Positions 20,071-27,717 of a stretch of DNA of 64,000 nucleotides are shown here, one piece after another; position 1 is the first letter of the stretch; every line of letters begins with the position of its first letter. The notes beneath the pieces were generated by a model that searched no databases, had not been told where the DNA came from, and saw only the letters and a program-made list of their open reading frames with translations. The stretch lies in IMG/VR virus record IMGVR_UViG_3300036546_000248. One strand, given 5' to 3'. This DNA is from a virus. Its lineage: Duplodnaviria > Caudoviricetes. The position numbers and the translations under genes were made by a program.

Positions 20071-20115
20071 AAGCAAAAAAAAGAAAGGGGCGAGAGTCCC
20101 TTTCTTTTTATGCCA
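20064..20115. terminator. bidirectional terminator
   Basis: aaagaaaggg-gcgagagt-ccctttcttt stem flanked by ggcataa and ttatgcc, between convergent genes. Confidence 0.8.
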
Positions 20116-20332
20116 CGAAGCGAAAGACAACAGTCTTTTCCTCACGGCGATCTACTTCGTACAGCTCTACGTGAACACCCAAATCCGACACAGCGACTGT
20201 AAGGATCACAGCAACCGAGACTTTCAAGGCGATGGTGCGAGCCACCACTTTATCCAAGCCGGCTTTGATAAGCTCTTTGTAGTTTTCGATTATACGCATT
20301 TGTTTCAAAGTTAACATTTTTTCCATTTTCAT
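20108..20332 (-). CDS. hypothetical protein (74 aa)
   Basis: Last gene of the small early-gene array; AGGA SD. Confidence 0.6.
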   Translation of the reverse strand: MKMEKMLTLKQMRIIENYKELIKAGLDKVVARTIALKVSVAVILTVAVSDLGVHVELYEVDRREEKTVVFRFVA

Positions 20333-20397
20333 TTTCTTTTTCCTATTTAAGGTTAAATTGGGCGTAGACGTCTAAGACGCCTACGCCACTGTTTTCG

Positions 20398-20775
20398 TTA
20401 TGCCGCTTTAGCAGCAGAGTCTTTAACGGGGATGATCTCGAGGAATTTCCCCAGCCGACCTTCGTCGTCATTGTAGCGCTGGCAGCGCTCATCCATACTC
20501 AGACTGACGAACTCCACAGTACCCCCTACCGAATTGCGGCTAAGGGTGATCTCGTCATCGGTGATGTCGATGTGGTTGATGCAGAACAGCACCCCGTCAA
20601 GCAGGGCAACCAGAACCGGGTTCTTTGCCTGCGGTCCCTGTTGAAAAACACCCACATGGGTGATCTGAATCTTGCCATTAGGACGATGCTCATCCCCGAT
20701 CAAGCCATTGCAGGCTTTGATCTTAGCGATGGCGGCTTCATGATGACGCTTGATGTTTTCGCTGGTGTAGGACAT
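20398..20775 (-). CDS. hypothetical protein (MSYTSENIK..., probable early gene)
   Basis: ATG at 20775 preceded by the GTTCTTAGGAGAAC SD hairpin. Confidence 0.8.
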   Translation of the reverse strand: MSYTSENIKRHHEAAIAKIKACNGLIGDEHRPNGKIQITHVGVFQQGPQAKNPVLVALLDGVLFCINHIDITDDEITLSRNSVGGTVEFVSLSMDERCQRYNDDEGRLGKFLEIIPVKDSAAKAA

Positions 20776-20837
20776 TGTTTGTTCTCCTAAGAACTTGAGG
20801 TTAGTGGGTAGGTGCTTCTGCACCTACCTAAGGGGTC

Positions 20838-21194
20838 TTACTTCAGGAAGAACTCTTTCAGTTCATCCATTGGCAATACAAGGACCAGGTTCTGCAGCTC
20901 GTCGACCGAGTTAATCTCGATCTCACCGAGCGACCAGTTGCCTTTGTGGTGGGTCAGGGTGATGCCCTTGGCGGTCAGCTTGAAGACGGTGGTGCCCGAG
21001 GTTTTGAATTCACCTTGGGCCTTGGAGTAGGCAACGTCTTTGAAATCCCAAACCAACTGAATTTCTTCAACCTTGAATTCACCCTCACCTTTGACGGCGA
21101 AGGCGAAGTTTTTCAGTTTGATACTGCCATTACCACTGCCTTTGTAGTCAGCGACGATTTTGGCTACGATGTTCATTGCGATTTGCTTGTTCAT
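20838..21194 (-). CDS. hypothetical protein (118 aa, probable early gene)
   Basis: GTTCTAAGGAGAAC SD hairpin upstream; biased codon usage. Confidence 0.8.
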   Translation of the reverse strand: MNKQIAMNIVAKIVADYKGSGNGSIKLKNFAFAVKGEGEFKVEEIQLVWDFKDVAYSKAQGEFKTSGTTVFKLTAKGITLTHHKGNWSLGEIEINSVDELQNLVLVLPMDELKEFFLK

Positions 21195-21221
21195 GGTTGT
21201 TCTCCTTAGAACTGGGGTTGG

Positions 21222-21470
21222 TTAGAAGCCGAGGGTTTGTTTAGCGTTGCGTTCTGTCACTTTGTCACCTACCCAGACTTTAGCAGTGGTCTGGATGAAG
21301 TAACCATTCTCATCAATGCTGGTCTGAGTCATGTCACAAAAGCCTTCGGAGCAATTGCTCAGAGGCGACTTGTAGGTCAGGTCTTTGGTAACGTTGTAGG
21401 TGGCGACTAGAGAGATCAGAGTACCGATCACAGCGATGATGGAGATAGCGCGGATGATGTTGAAAGTCAT
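21222..21470 (-). CDS. small membrane-anchored or secreted protein (82 aa, probable early gene)
   Basis: Hydrophobic N-terminus (IIRAISIIAVIGTLISLVA), CxxxxC pair; first gene after the early promoter. Confidence 0.75.
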   Translation of the reverse strand: MTFNIIRAISIIAVIGTLISLVATYNVTKDLTYKSPLSNCSEGFCDMTQTSIDENGYFIQTTAKVWVGDKVTERNAKQTLGF

Positions 21471-21475
21471 GGTTA

Positions 21476-21552
21476 GTTCTCCTTAGAACTGATGGGTAGA
21501 TACAGTTTATTGTATCCTATTCACCTGAGTAATATAGATCTGAAAAAATTTT
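21476..21552 (-). promoter_or_regulatory. early promoter (TATATTAC at 21529-21536) with leader hairpin and SD hairpin, copy 2
   Basis: Near-identical to 10173-10252: aaaattttttcagatcTATATTACtcaggtgaataggatacaataaactgtatctacccatcagttctaaggagaac. Confidence 0.8.
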
Positions 21553-21564
21553 AATTGGCATTTT

Positions 21565-21606
21565 GGCCATAACGCACTCCTAGGGGCAAAAGCCCCTAGG
21601 AGTGCA
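21565..21606 (-). terminator. hairpin terminator
   Basis: gcactcctagggg-caaaag-cccctaggagtgc stem next to ggccataa. Confidence 0.8.
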
Positions 21607-21610
21607 GGTA

Positions 21611-22135
21611 CTACTTACAGAAGTCAGCGTAGTTGAAGACCGCCGTCTTTTTGCCCATGGTGATTACGTAGAGTTCGGCTGGCATCAGGATTTGTATCCC
21701 ACGTTCCCCTTCACCCACGTACACCGATTTCCACGCACCTTCGCTCAACCCCACGATGTTCATAGCTGTGCCTCGCACATCCACCTCAGTACTTTCAGTG
21801 ACCTTCTTACTCTCACGGTATTGGATACCGAAGAACTCTTTTTGCATGTAGGAGTATTCGCGTTTACCCGTCAGTTCGAGGTTCTGTTCTTCACTGACGT
21901 ACTTACAGGTGCGGTAGTCAGTAACTCGTACGCCCGGCTTTTTGTACTCAAGGTACACCCGGTACCCTGCCGCCGAGACCGCAGCAATGAGGAAGAGAGT
22001 AAGGACAGTCAGTACTATCCAAAGTACTTTGCGGGACTTACGCTTGGATTCCAAACGCTTTCGAGCCTCAGCCCCTGCGTCGCGATTCAGTTCGGAAGTC
22101 TCAACCAGCTTTTCAATGTCGCCCATATGAGTCAT
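21611..22135 (-). CDS. single-pass membrane protein (174 aa)
   Basis: Basic stretch RKSRK followed by a TM helix VLWIVLTVLTLFLIAAVSAAGY. Confidence 0.8.
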   Translation of the reverse strand: MTHMGDIEKLVETSELNRDAGAEARKRLESKRKSRKVLWIVLTVLTLFLIAAVSAAGYRVYLEYKKPGVRVTDYRTCKYVSEEQNLELTGKREYSYMQKEFFGIQYRESKKVTESTEVDVRGTAMNIVGLSEGAWKSVYVGEGERGIQILMPAELYVITMGKKTAVFNYADFCK

Positions 22136-22170
22136 GTCACAATGCTCCAGTTTAAGGTTAGGTATTACAC

Positions 22171-22200
22171 GGCATAAAGGGCTAGGTTAACCTAGCCCTC
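22171..22200 (-). terminator. hairpin terminator
   Basis: agggctagg-ttaa-cctagccct stem next to ggcataa. Confidence 0.75.
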
Positions 22201-22208
22201 GATGTTTG

Positions 22209-22616
22209 TTATCGACGATAGCCCAAGGCCAGATATGGATCTTCACGATCCTCGTCATTAGAAACCACCAGCACCGGTTTAGGGAGCTTAGGCGGTTCCG
22301 GCTGGGTATCCTTGATGGCACGATCCAAGTCGCTTGCCGCCAAGATCTTACCCATCCAGTCGACATTAAAGCCCGCGAAGGAGCGCTTGCCTTTGATGCT
22401 GATTACCCCACGCCGAACATGGAGATATTGAAGCAGTTGGTGAATACGAGCTTCTTCAGCCATCACTTCGTAATAGACAGCTTCCGGATACCGTAGACAC
22501 AACTCTGACAATTGGCTCAGAGGAAATGCTTCGTTAACCTGTAGGATATCGAGCACCCGCTTAACTTCATCGTCATTGTCCGCCAAGACGATATTGAGAC
22601 CTTGCTCATTACGCAT
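22209..22616 (-). CDS. hypothetical protein (135 aa)
   Basis: ORF with GGAG SD. Confidence 0.75.
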   Translation of the reverse strand: MRNEQGLNIVLADNDDEVKRVLDILQVNEAFPLSQLSELCLRYPEAVYYEVMAEEARIHQLLQYLHVRRGVISIKGKRSFAGFNVDWMGKILAASDLDRAIKDTQPEPPKLPKPVLVVSNDEDREDPYLALGYRR

Positions 22617-22652
22617 AGCACAACTCCCCCAACGATGCCCAATGGGCGATAG

Positions 22653-23549
22653 TTAATTGATCAACACAACATCCAGGTCCAGTTGGCGCTGACCTAGAAA
22701 GGCATAGAAGGCTGAACGTCGAACTTTGGTGAACACCAAGGTCGCGTCATCGACGTATACTCGGTCAAACCGTTCACGCAGTTCATCACGACCGTAAGGC
22801 TTGCGCATTTGGTCGATGGCTTCTTGGAGTTCTTCTTCGGTATAGACCCGATCACGAACCGTTCTATCATAGTGTTGATTGAACGCTGCGCTCAAAGGCT
22901 CGCGCACAATGGCAATGGCCTCAGGGTTGTCTACCAACTCTTCTAGCACCCAACGGGTTTTCCCCGATTGTCTTGGTGCAGTAAAGCCTACGGTACAAAA
23001 GTCGCTTAAGTATTGCCCCCGACTAACGCCTTCAGGAATGCTTCCAGAGCGATTCCGTCGAGCCGTCGTGAGCATGGTTTGTACGATGCTACTAAAGATG
23101 TTGTCCGGTTGTTTTGGTGAGTTCACTTCATTAATCCTTCCCCGTGCATGATTCTGCCGTTCGCCGGGACCCATGGTCAATTCTCCCATCAGTCTCAGCT
23201 CAACGCCCTCTTCCTTCGCATAGGATTGGAAGTAGCTGGCGAGCAAGTGACGGTGACAGAACTTACCGGAGGAGCAGAAGCAGGCAAAAGCAAAACGAGG
23301 CAAAGCTAATAACTCACGCCATTTATCAGCGTTGGCAACAACACTGTAATCCAACATCCGGATGTAGGTATTGGTGTATTCCTCCTCGGTGATCTCTCCG
23401 GACTTGACGCCCATGACGATATCCCACGAAGGAGCAAGAAAACCATAACCTGATTTAGGGGCTGATTTAACTGTGGTGTCCACCACCACGATGTTCTTGG
23501 ATTGGGCCAGTCGCCAGCGTGCCAGTTGGACAGTATAGAGTTCAATCAT
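22653..23549 (-). CDS. DUF488-like domain fused to a P-loop NTPase-like domain
   Basis: N-terminal LAPSWDIV...FACFC....FCHRHLL (DUF488-type); C-terminal APRQSGKT Walker A and VYVDD Walker B. Confidence 0.65.
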   Translation of the reverse strand: MIELYTVQLARWRLAQSKNIVVVDTTVKSAPKSGYGFLAPSWDIVMGVKSGEITEEEYTNTYIRMLDYSVVANADKWRELLALPRFAFACFCSSGKFCHRHLLASYFQSYAKEEGVELRLMGELTMGPGERQNHARGRINEVNSPKQPDNIFSSIVQTMLTTARRNRSGSIPEGVSRGQYLSDFCTVGFTAPRQSGKTRWVLEELVDNPEAIAIVREPLSAAFNQHYDRTVRDRVYTEEELQEAIDQMRKPYGRDELRERFDRVYVDDATLVFTKVRRSAFYAFLGQRQLDLDVVLIN

Positions 23550-23585
23550 CACACAAACCTTCAAAAAGAAAAGGGCGACCAGCTA

Positions 23586-23620
23586 GCATAAAACCCAACG
23601 GGGGCGAACCCCCGTTGGAT
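23586..23620 (-). terminator. hairpin terminator
   Basis: ccaacggggg-cgaa-cccccgttgg stem with a ttttatgc tail on the minus strand. Confidence 0.8.
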
Positions 23621-23629
23621 CACGCAGGC

Positions 23630-24109
23630 TTAGTCGGCCAGAGCAGCGGCAGCCAGGGCACCGATGTGGGTGCGCACTTTCTTCAGCTCACCCTTGTTAC
23701 CGTTGCTGGCCACTTCGTAGCTCGCTTCGATAACGCCGTACTTGGTGATCTTCGCGTTCGGGTCACGAACTTCACCTTCCTTCGGAATGCCACCGGCCGG
23801 GTATTCGCGGCTGCGGATGACCGCGGTGGAGATCTTGTCGCCCACTGCCGGGATTTCAGCAGTCACGCGCTGCAGGTCTTTGTCGGCCTTGAAAGCATCG
23901 ATGGCCAGCTCGCCAACCGCCATTGCCGAAGCGGCAACCAGTGCGGTGTTGTGCTGTTGGATTGCCTTGATCTGGTCAGCGGTGATCCCTTCGGGCAGGG
24001 ACTTCTCGTAGAGACCTTCTTCGGCCAGCACCACGCCGTTGTCGGCGAGGGTGAACATCGGCTTGATCTTGGCGGCCAGATCTTGTACAGCTTGCTTGAC
24101 GTCGGACAT
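23630..24109 (-). CDS. conserved jumbo-phage hypothetical protein, probably highly expressed (159 aa)
   Basis: Strong codon bias, AAGGA SD, own terminator. Confidence 0.8.
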   Translation of the reverse strand: MSDVKQAVQDLAAKIKPMFTLADNGVVLAEEGLYEKSLPEGITADQIKAIQQHNTALVAASAMAVGELAIDAFKADKDLQRVTAEIPAVGDKISTAVIRSREYPAGGIPKEGEVRDPNAKITKYGVIEASYEVASNGNKGELKKVRTHIGALAAAALAD

Positions 24110-24228
24110 TGCAATGTTTCCTTGTTTGCGTTTAAGGGGTTACGGGTCTTTCATACCCTTGGGTGTGACGATAATCTTTTATCGACAGACAACCCAATAC
24201 GAAGGTTCAGCGCTGAATCTTCATGTAG

Positions 24229-24236
24229 GTAATATA
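24229..24236 (-). promoter_or_regulatory. early promoter core TATATTAC
   Basis: Minus strand aaaagaaacatagaccTATATTACc, followed by a leader hairpin. Confidence 0.6.
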
Positions 24237-24239
24237 GGT

Positions 24240-24527
24240 CTATGTTTCTTTTGAATCTGATTGTGCTTGGGGTCGTATTACCTCCACGGTTCGAAGGATG
24301 CGAGGTCTTTGAAGGATAACCTTTAAGCGACCTTGGGGATCACGGTACAACAAGCTGGCATCGTGTGCCAGTAGGATGCGACCATCGGAGAGGGTATATC
24401 GTACGTTACGAATCGAACGTTTGGACACCCCGTAACGTTGAGGCTCCACTCCTGTCACGATCGCACCCAAGATCGGAAGGTAGTCGTTTACTTGTAGCTT
24501 GAAGAGGTCAACGTTTAGGTTTTGCAT
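24240..24527 (-). CDS. hypothetical protein (95 aa)
   Basis: ORF overlapping the end of the upstream gene. Confidence 0.65.
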   Translation of the reverse strand: MQNLNVDLFKLQVNDYLPILGAIVTGVEPQRYGVSKRSIRNVRYTLSDGRILLAHDASLLYRDPQGRLKVILQRPRILRTVEVIRPQAQSDSKET

Positions 24528-25282
24528 TTAGCCCCCTTCTTGGTAGGGATTTTAACCGGTACCTGTTCGGGCGGATCAATAGGCAGTTTATCATCAGGGA
24601 TTTCTGAAACCTCGCTGACAGTACCTTTGAACATAGCACGAATGTTGGGGTGTAGGCTATTTATCAACACCTCTGGATCAACGGGAGTATCGAAGTGCTT
24701 GATCTCCCGATCCAACACCCACTCTCGTTTCTCCTCGTTATAGACAGCTTCAATGTAGGACCCGTCGCTGGAGCTAGGGTCAACTGTTGAGGCCATCCGA
24801 AAGAGCAGGACAGGGTCGGTTTGAAAGATGTTCTTACTGGCATCGAAATAAAAGCTCCCACTCCCGCAGGCTTTCACTTTCCGGTTGGCAGGGCTCTTGT
24901 GAAAGATTCGTTCGTTAATGAACAGTCTCACACAGTCACCGGTTTCCAGACACAGTAGAAATGTGGAGGGTGTGGGCAAACCAACGATTTTGTAGATCAT
25001 CTCCTCGCTACCCGAGAAGGAGTCCAGAAATTGTTCTAAAGGACACTGTAGTCGCTGCATGAACTCACCAAAGGCTTTCATGCCTGACGTAGTGCCTGCT
25101 GCCCCCATGAGTTGGATTTGTCGACAACTGTCCCAGAAGAAACCTGGACCAAAGGTTTCTAACTTGGTCGTTCGATCGTTTACGAGATCGGTGTCGCCTT
25201 TGACCCCCACGAAGCCCTTTTGTCGAATCGATGCACGGGTGTCGGCAATGATGCGATCACCCAGATAAACTACTGTGGTCAT
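24515..25282 (-). CDS. Ntn-hydrolase, HslV/proteasome-beta-like threonine peptidase
   Basis: N-terminal MTTVV, then IIADTR, a TTK lysine and a CGSGS motif. Confidence 0.7.
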   Translation of the reverse strand: MTTVVYLGDRIIADTRASIRQKGFVGVKGDTDLVNDRTTKLETFGPGFFWDSCRQIQLMGAAGTTSGMKAFGEFMQRLQCPLEQFLDSFSGSEEMIYKIVGLPTPSTFLLCLETGDCVRLFINERIFHKSPANRKVKACGSGSFYFDASKNIFQTDPVLLFRMASTVDPSSSDGSYIEAVYNEEKREWVLDREIKHFDTPVDPEVLINSLHPNIRAMFKGTVSEVSEIPDDKLPIDPPEQVPVKIPTKKGAKCKT

Positions 25283-25339
25283 GGTCTGACTCGCTTAGAG
25301 TTTGATAGTGTAGGAGATGAGCTTCATCTATTCGAATAG

Positions 25340-25347
25340 GTAATATA
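25340..25347 (-). promoter_or_regulatory. early promoter core TATATTAC
   Basis: Minus strand aaaatatatttaaaccTATATTACc, upstream of the HslV-like gene. Confidence 0.7.
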
Positions 25348-25370
25348 GGTTTAAATATATTTTCGATGAC

Positions 25371-25397
25371 GGCATATACCCGCCCGTAGGCGGGTAC
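25371..25397 (-). terminator. hairpin terminator
   Basis: tacccgcc-cgta-ggcgggta stem next to ggcata. Confidence 0.7.
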
Positions 25398-25400
25398 AGG

Positions 25401-26117
25401 TTACCAATGGGCACTCGGCGGCTCTTGGTAGGAAAGCATGTCGGCGTGTAGGACCTTGATGCCTTTGTACTCCGAACTGCTGAGCTGTCGGACATTCTGG
25501 GCGTCTTCGGTATCCCACTCTTTCATCGACCGAGTAAAGGTCATGATCCAATAACCTTCCGTCAGGGTCAGTCCTTTGAAAGCACGAACTTCGCAGCCTC
25601 GATTGACTTCGAACACCACCTCCACTTCCCAGATGCTGTTGCCTTTAAGAACGTTCTGGGTACTGACAGTGCGGTAGAAGAACTTACCGATTACCTTGGC
25701 AGGGTAGCTCCACTTCTTAGCCGTGTAGGGCACCAACCAGCGCTCATCGCTGATGCGTACATCGTTAAGAAGCTTCTTCTTAGGCAGAAGGCTGATTTCA
25801 CTTTCAAACCCATAGATGTACCACCCACCCCTCCAACCATCGTCTACATCGTTATCGAGGAACTCGTTGATGTCGTTCTGGTAGCCCAAGATACAACCAA
25901 TGATCGTAGGTGCGGTCGAAATACGCGGAACCGTGCGGTCTTCTTTCTGTGCAGTGCGACGCGTCAGCGAAGGAACGAACTGCTTGATCTTAGGGTCGAG
26001 TGAGATGTGGTAAAGCCACCGCTGACCCAGTTCGCTGGGGGATACGATCGTGACGTTCTCAGCGACTCCGTTGTTAAAGTTGGAGAGGTATTTCTCCATC
26101 AATTCTTTATCATTCAT
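25401..26117 (-). CDS. hypothetical protein (238 aa), possibly ART-like fold
   Basis: LYHISL...FVP...EDRTVPRISTAPTIIGC motif. Confidence 0.7.
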   Translation of the reverse strand: MNDKELMEKYLSNFNNGVAENVTIVSPSELGQRWLYHISLDPKIKQFVPSLTRRTAQKEDRTVPRISTAPTIIGCILGYQNDINEFLDNDVDDGWRGGWYIYGFESEISLLPKKKLLNDVRISDERWLVPYTAKKWSYPAKVIGKFFYRTVSTQNVLKGNSIWEVEVVFEVNRGCEVRAFKGLTLTEGYWIMTFTRSMKEWDTEDAQNVRQLSSSEYKGIKVLHADMLSYQEPPSAHW

Positions 26118-26173
26118 TTCAGTTTACCGTAGCAGGCGGGTAAGTGGAATCATAGATATCCCTTGTTCAACGG

Positions 26174-26210
26174 GGCATAACAAAGCTGCTGGCGAACCAG
26201 CAGCTTTGCA
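26174..26210 (-). terminator. terminator after the prohead protease gene
   Basis: caaagctgctgg-cgaa-ccagcagctttg stem next to ggcataa. Confidence 0.85.
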
Positions 26211-26213
26211 TAC

Positions 26214-26975
26214 TTACCAGCGAGCGCTTGGGGGCAGTACCAGATCGGAACCGACCTTCTTCTTCCAACCGAAGTCGACGAAGATGGTTTTGCAGATCTC
26301 GTTAACCGACTCCATGCCTACACCCTTGGCTTCACCCAGACTCTCCACCATCTGACGACTGAAAACCGCATCGTCAAACGATTCCAGAGAAGGCGAGTGC
26401 CACTTCTTGGCAACCGCGATACCCGGCTCATTCACGTAGTCCCACGTGATGATGGAACGGATGTGCTTAACCAGACGACCCCCTTCAACCCGATCGTCAG
26501 TCAGACTGCGAACCGAGAAGCAGACGTTTTCATCCTTGCTCTCCAAAGAGGCACGAAGGAATTCGCCTTTAGGACCACTGGGTTTAACGCGACCCACAAC
26601 AGCAACCACGCGATTGCCGTCTTTGTCTTTGACCGCGTTCTGTTCCAGACGCACATCTTTGAAGTGACAACAGACGTTGTCTTCGTAGATGGTCGACACC
26701 CGTTGGAGGAAGCTCGACATGTTCTGGTTGGGGTCTTTCTTCGGGTGACCGTATTCACCGCGACAAGCCCCAGTTTCAATCCGACGCATCAGAGTCGAAG
26801 ACGCTTCGAACAATGAACGCGCCGTAGACAGCGGGTAGAAAGCTCCACCGCTGTTGTAGCAGTCCAACCCACCCAGCACCAGTTCGTAGTAGCCATCGCT
26901 GTCAGCCGAAAGCTTACCCGTCTTATTGGTGCCGACTAGGGCGGTACAGCCATAGACTACCCGTTCTGTAGACAT
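26214..26975 (-). CDS. prohead (head maturation) protease, phiKZ gp175-like
   Basis: GEYGHP (His), FSVRS (Ser), TWDYVNEPGI; C-terminal SLE self-cleavage site. Confidence 0.92.
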   Translation of the reverse strand: MSTERVVYGCTALVGTNKTGKLSADSDGYYELVLGGLDCYNSGGAFYPLSTARSLFEASSTLMRRIETGACRGEYGHPKKDPNQNMSSFLQRVSTIYEDNVCCHFKDVRLEQNAVKDKDGNRVVAVVGRVKPSGPKGEFLRASLESKDENVCFSVRSLTDDRVEGGRLVKHIRSIITWDYVNEPGIAVAKKWHSPSLESFDDAVFSRQMVESLGEAKGVGMESVNEICKTIFVDFGWKKKVGSDLVLPPSARW

Positions 26976-26979
26976 ACCC

Positions 26980-27705
26980 TTACCTTCTTAAGAGTCCTTC
27001 GATCGGCTCGACCGTTTCTGTCGGATTCACCAAAGCAGAGGTGAGGCCTTCTTCCCAGTACGCACCGATCAGTTTTGCTGTGGTGTTACTCGCCCCGTAG
27101 GTGACACTACGCAACGGGATAAACGTCGGAACCTGAGTCCCCAGATCCTGCCGATCATTCAGCTGGTGGCGGAAGTACTTGGTACGGTCTTTCTCCGAAC
27201 GACTGATTGCTGCCATGATCATTTCGATCACCGCAAAGTTAGCACCCACCGAAACACCCGCATGGTGAGGCGCACTCTCAAACAGACGACCCATGTCTTC
27301 GTAACCCATAAACCAAGGAACGTTCCCCTTGGCCATGATCTCCGAGTAGATCAAATAGATGAAGGTGTCGGCCTTCACCAGTTCCGTACTGGAGATAACG
27401 GTGCTACCCGGATCGAAAACGAACTCCAGGTACTCGTCTTCTCCAACCTTAACGGTGTTTGTCACCGTGGGTTCGATGCGCATCATGGCCATGGCGGAGG
27501 AGACCCCATAGTACTGGTCATCCACCACAATGGCAAAGAGACCACAGATGTTAGTCTCGTTGCCCAACACAGCCAATTGTTGCTCGGCGAAACGGGCCGG
27601 GATGTAGATTTTCACCCCTTTGATCGCAACGACCGACCCGTCCTCGAGTTCCTTCAATGCAGCATGAACCTTCGAAGCGTCGCGTGTCAGCTTTTTAGGG
27701 TCCAT
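26980..27705 (-). CDS. virion RNA polymerase beta-prime C-terminal subunit (phiKZ gp176/SPN3US gp244-like)
   Basis: Adjacent to the protease gene; IPLRSVTYGASNTTAKLIGAYWEEGLTSAL resembles the RpoC C-terminal region. Confidence 0.7.
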   Translation of the reverse strand: MDPKKLTRDASKVHAALKELEDGSVVAIKGVKIYIPARFAEQQLAVLGNETNICGLFAIVVDDQYYGVSSAMAMMRIEPTVTNTVKVGEDEYLEFVFDPGSTVISSTELVKADTFIYLIYSEIMAKGNVPWFMGYEDMGRLFESAPHHAGVSVGANFAVIEMIMAAISRSEKDRTKYFRHQLNDRQDLGTQVPTFIPLRSVTYGASNTTAKLIGAYWEEGLTSALVNPTETVEPIEGLLRR

Positions 27706-27717
27706 AACGTTCTCGTG

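Noticed and set aside
22653-23174. Second terminase gene suggested by the PRQSGKT motif
   Set aside because: Too short and lacking a nuclease domain; the true TerL is at 7220-9436.
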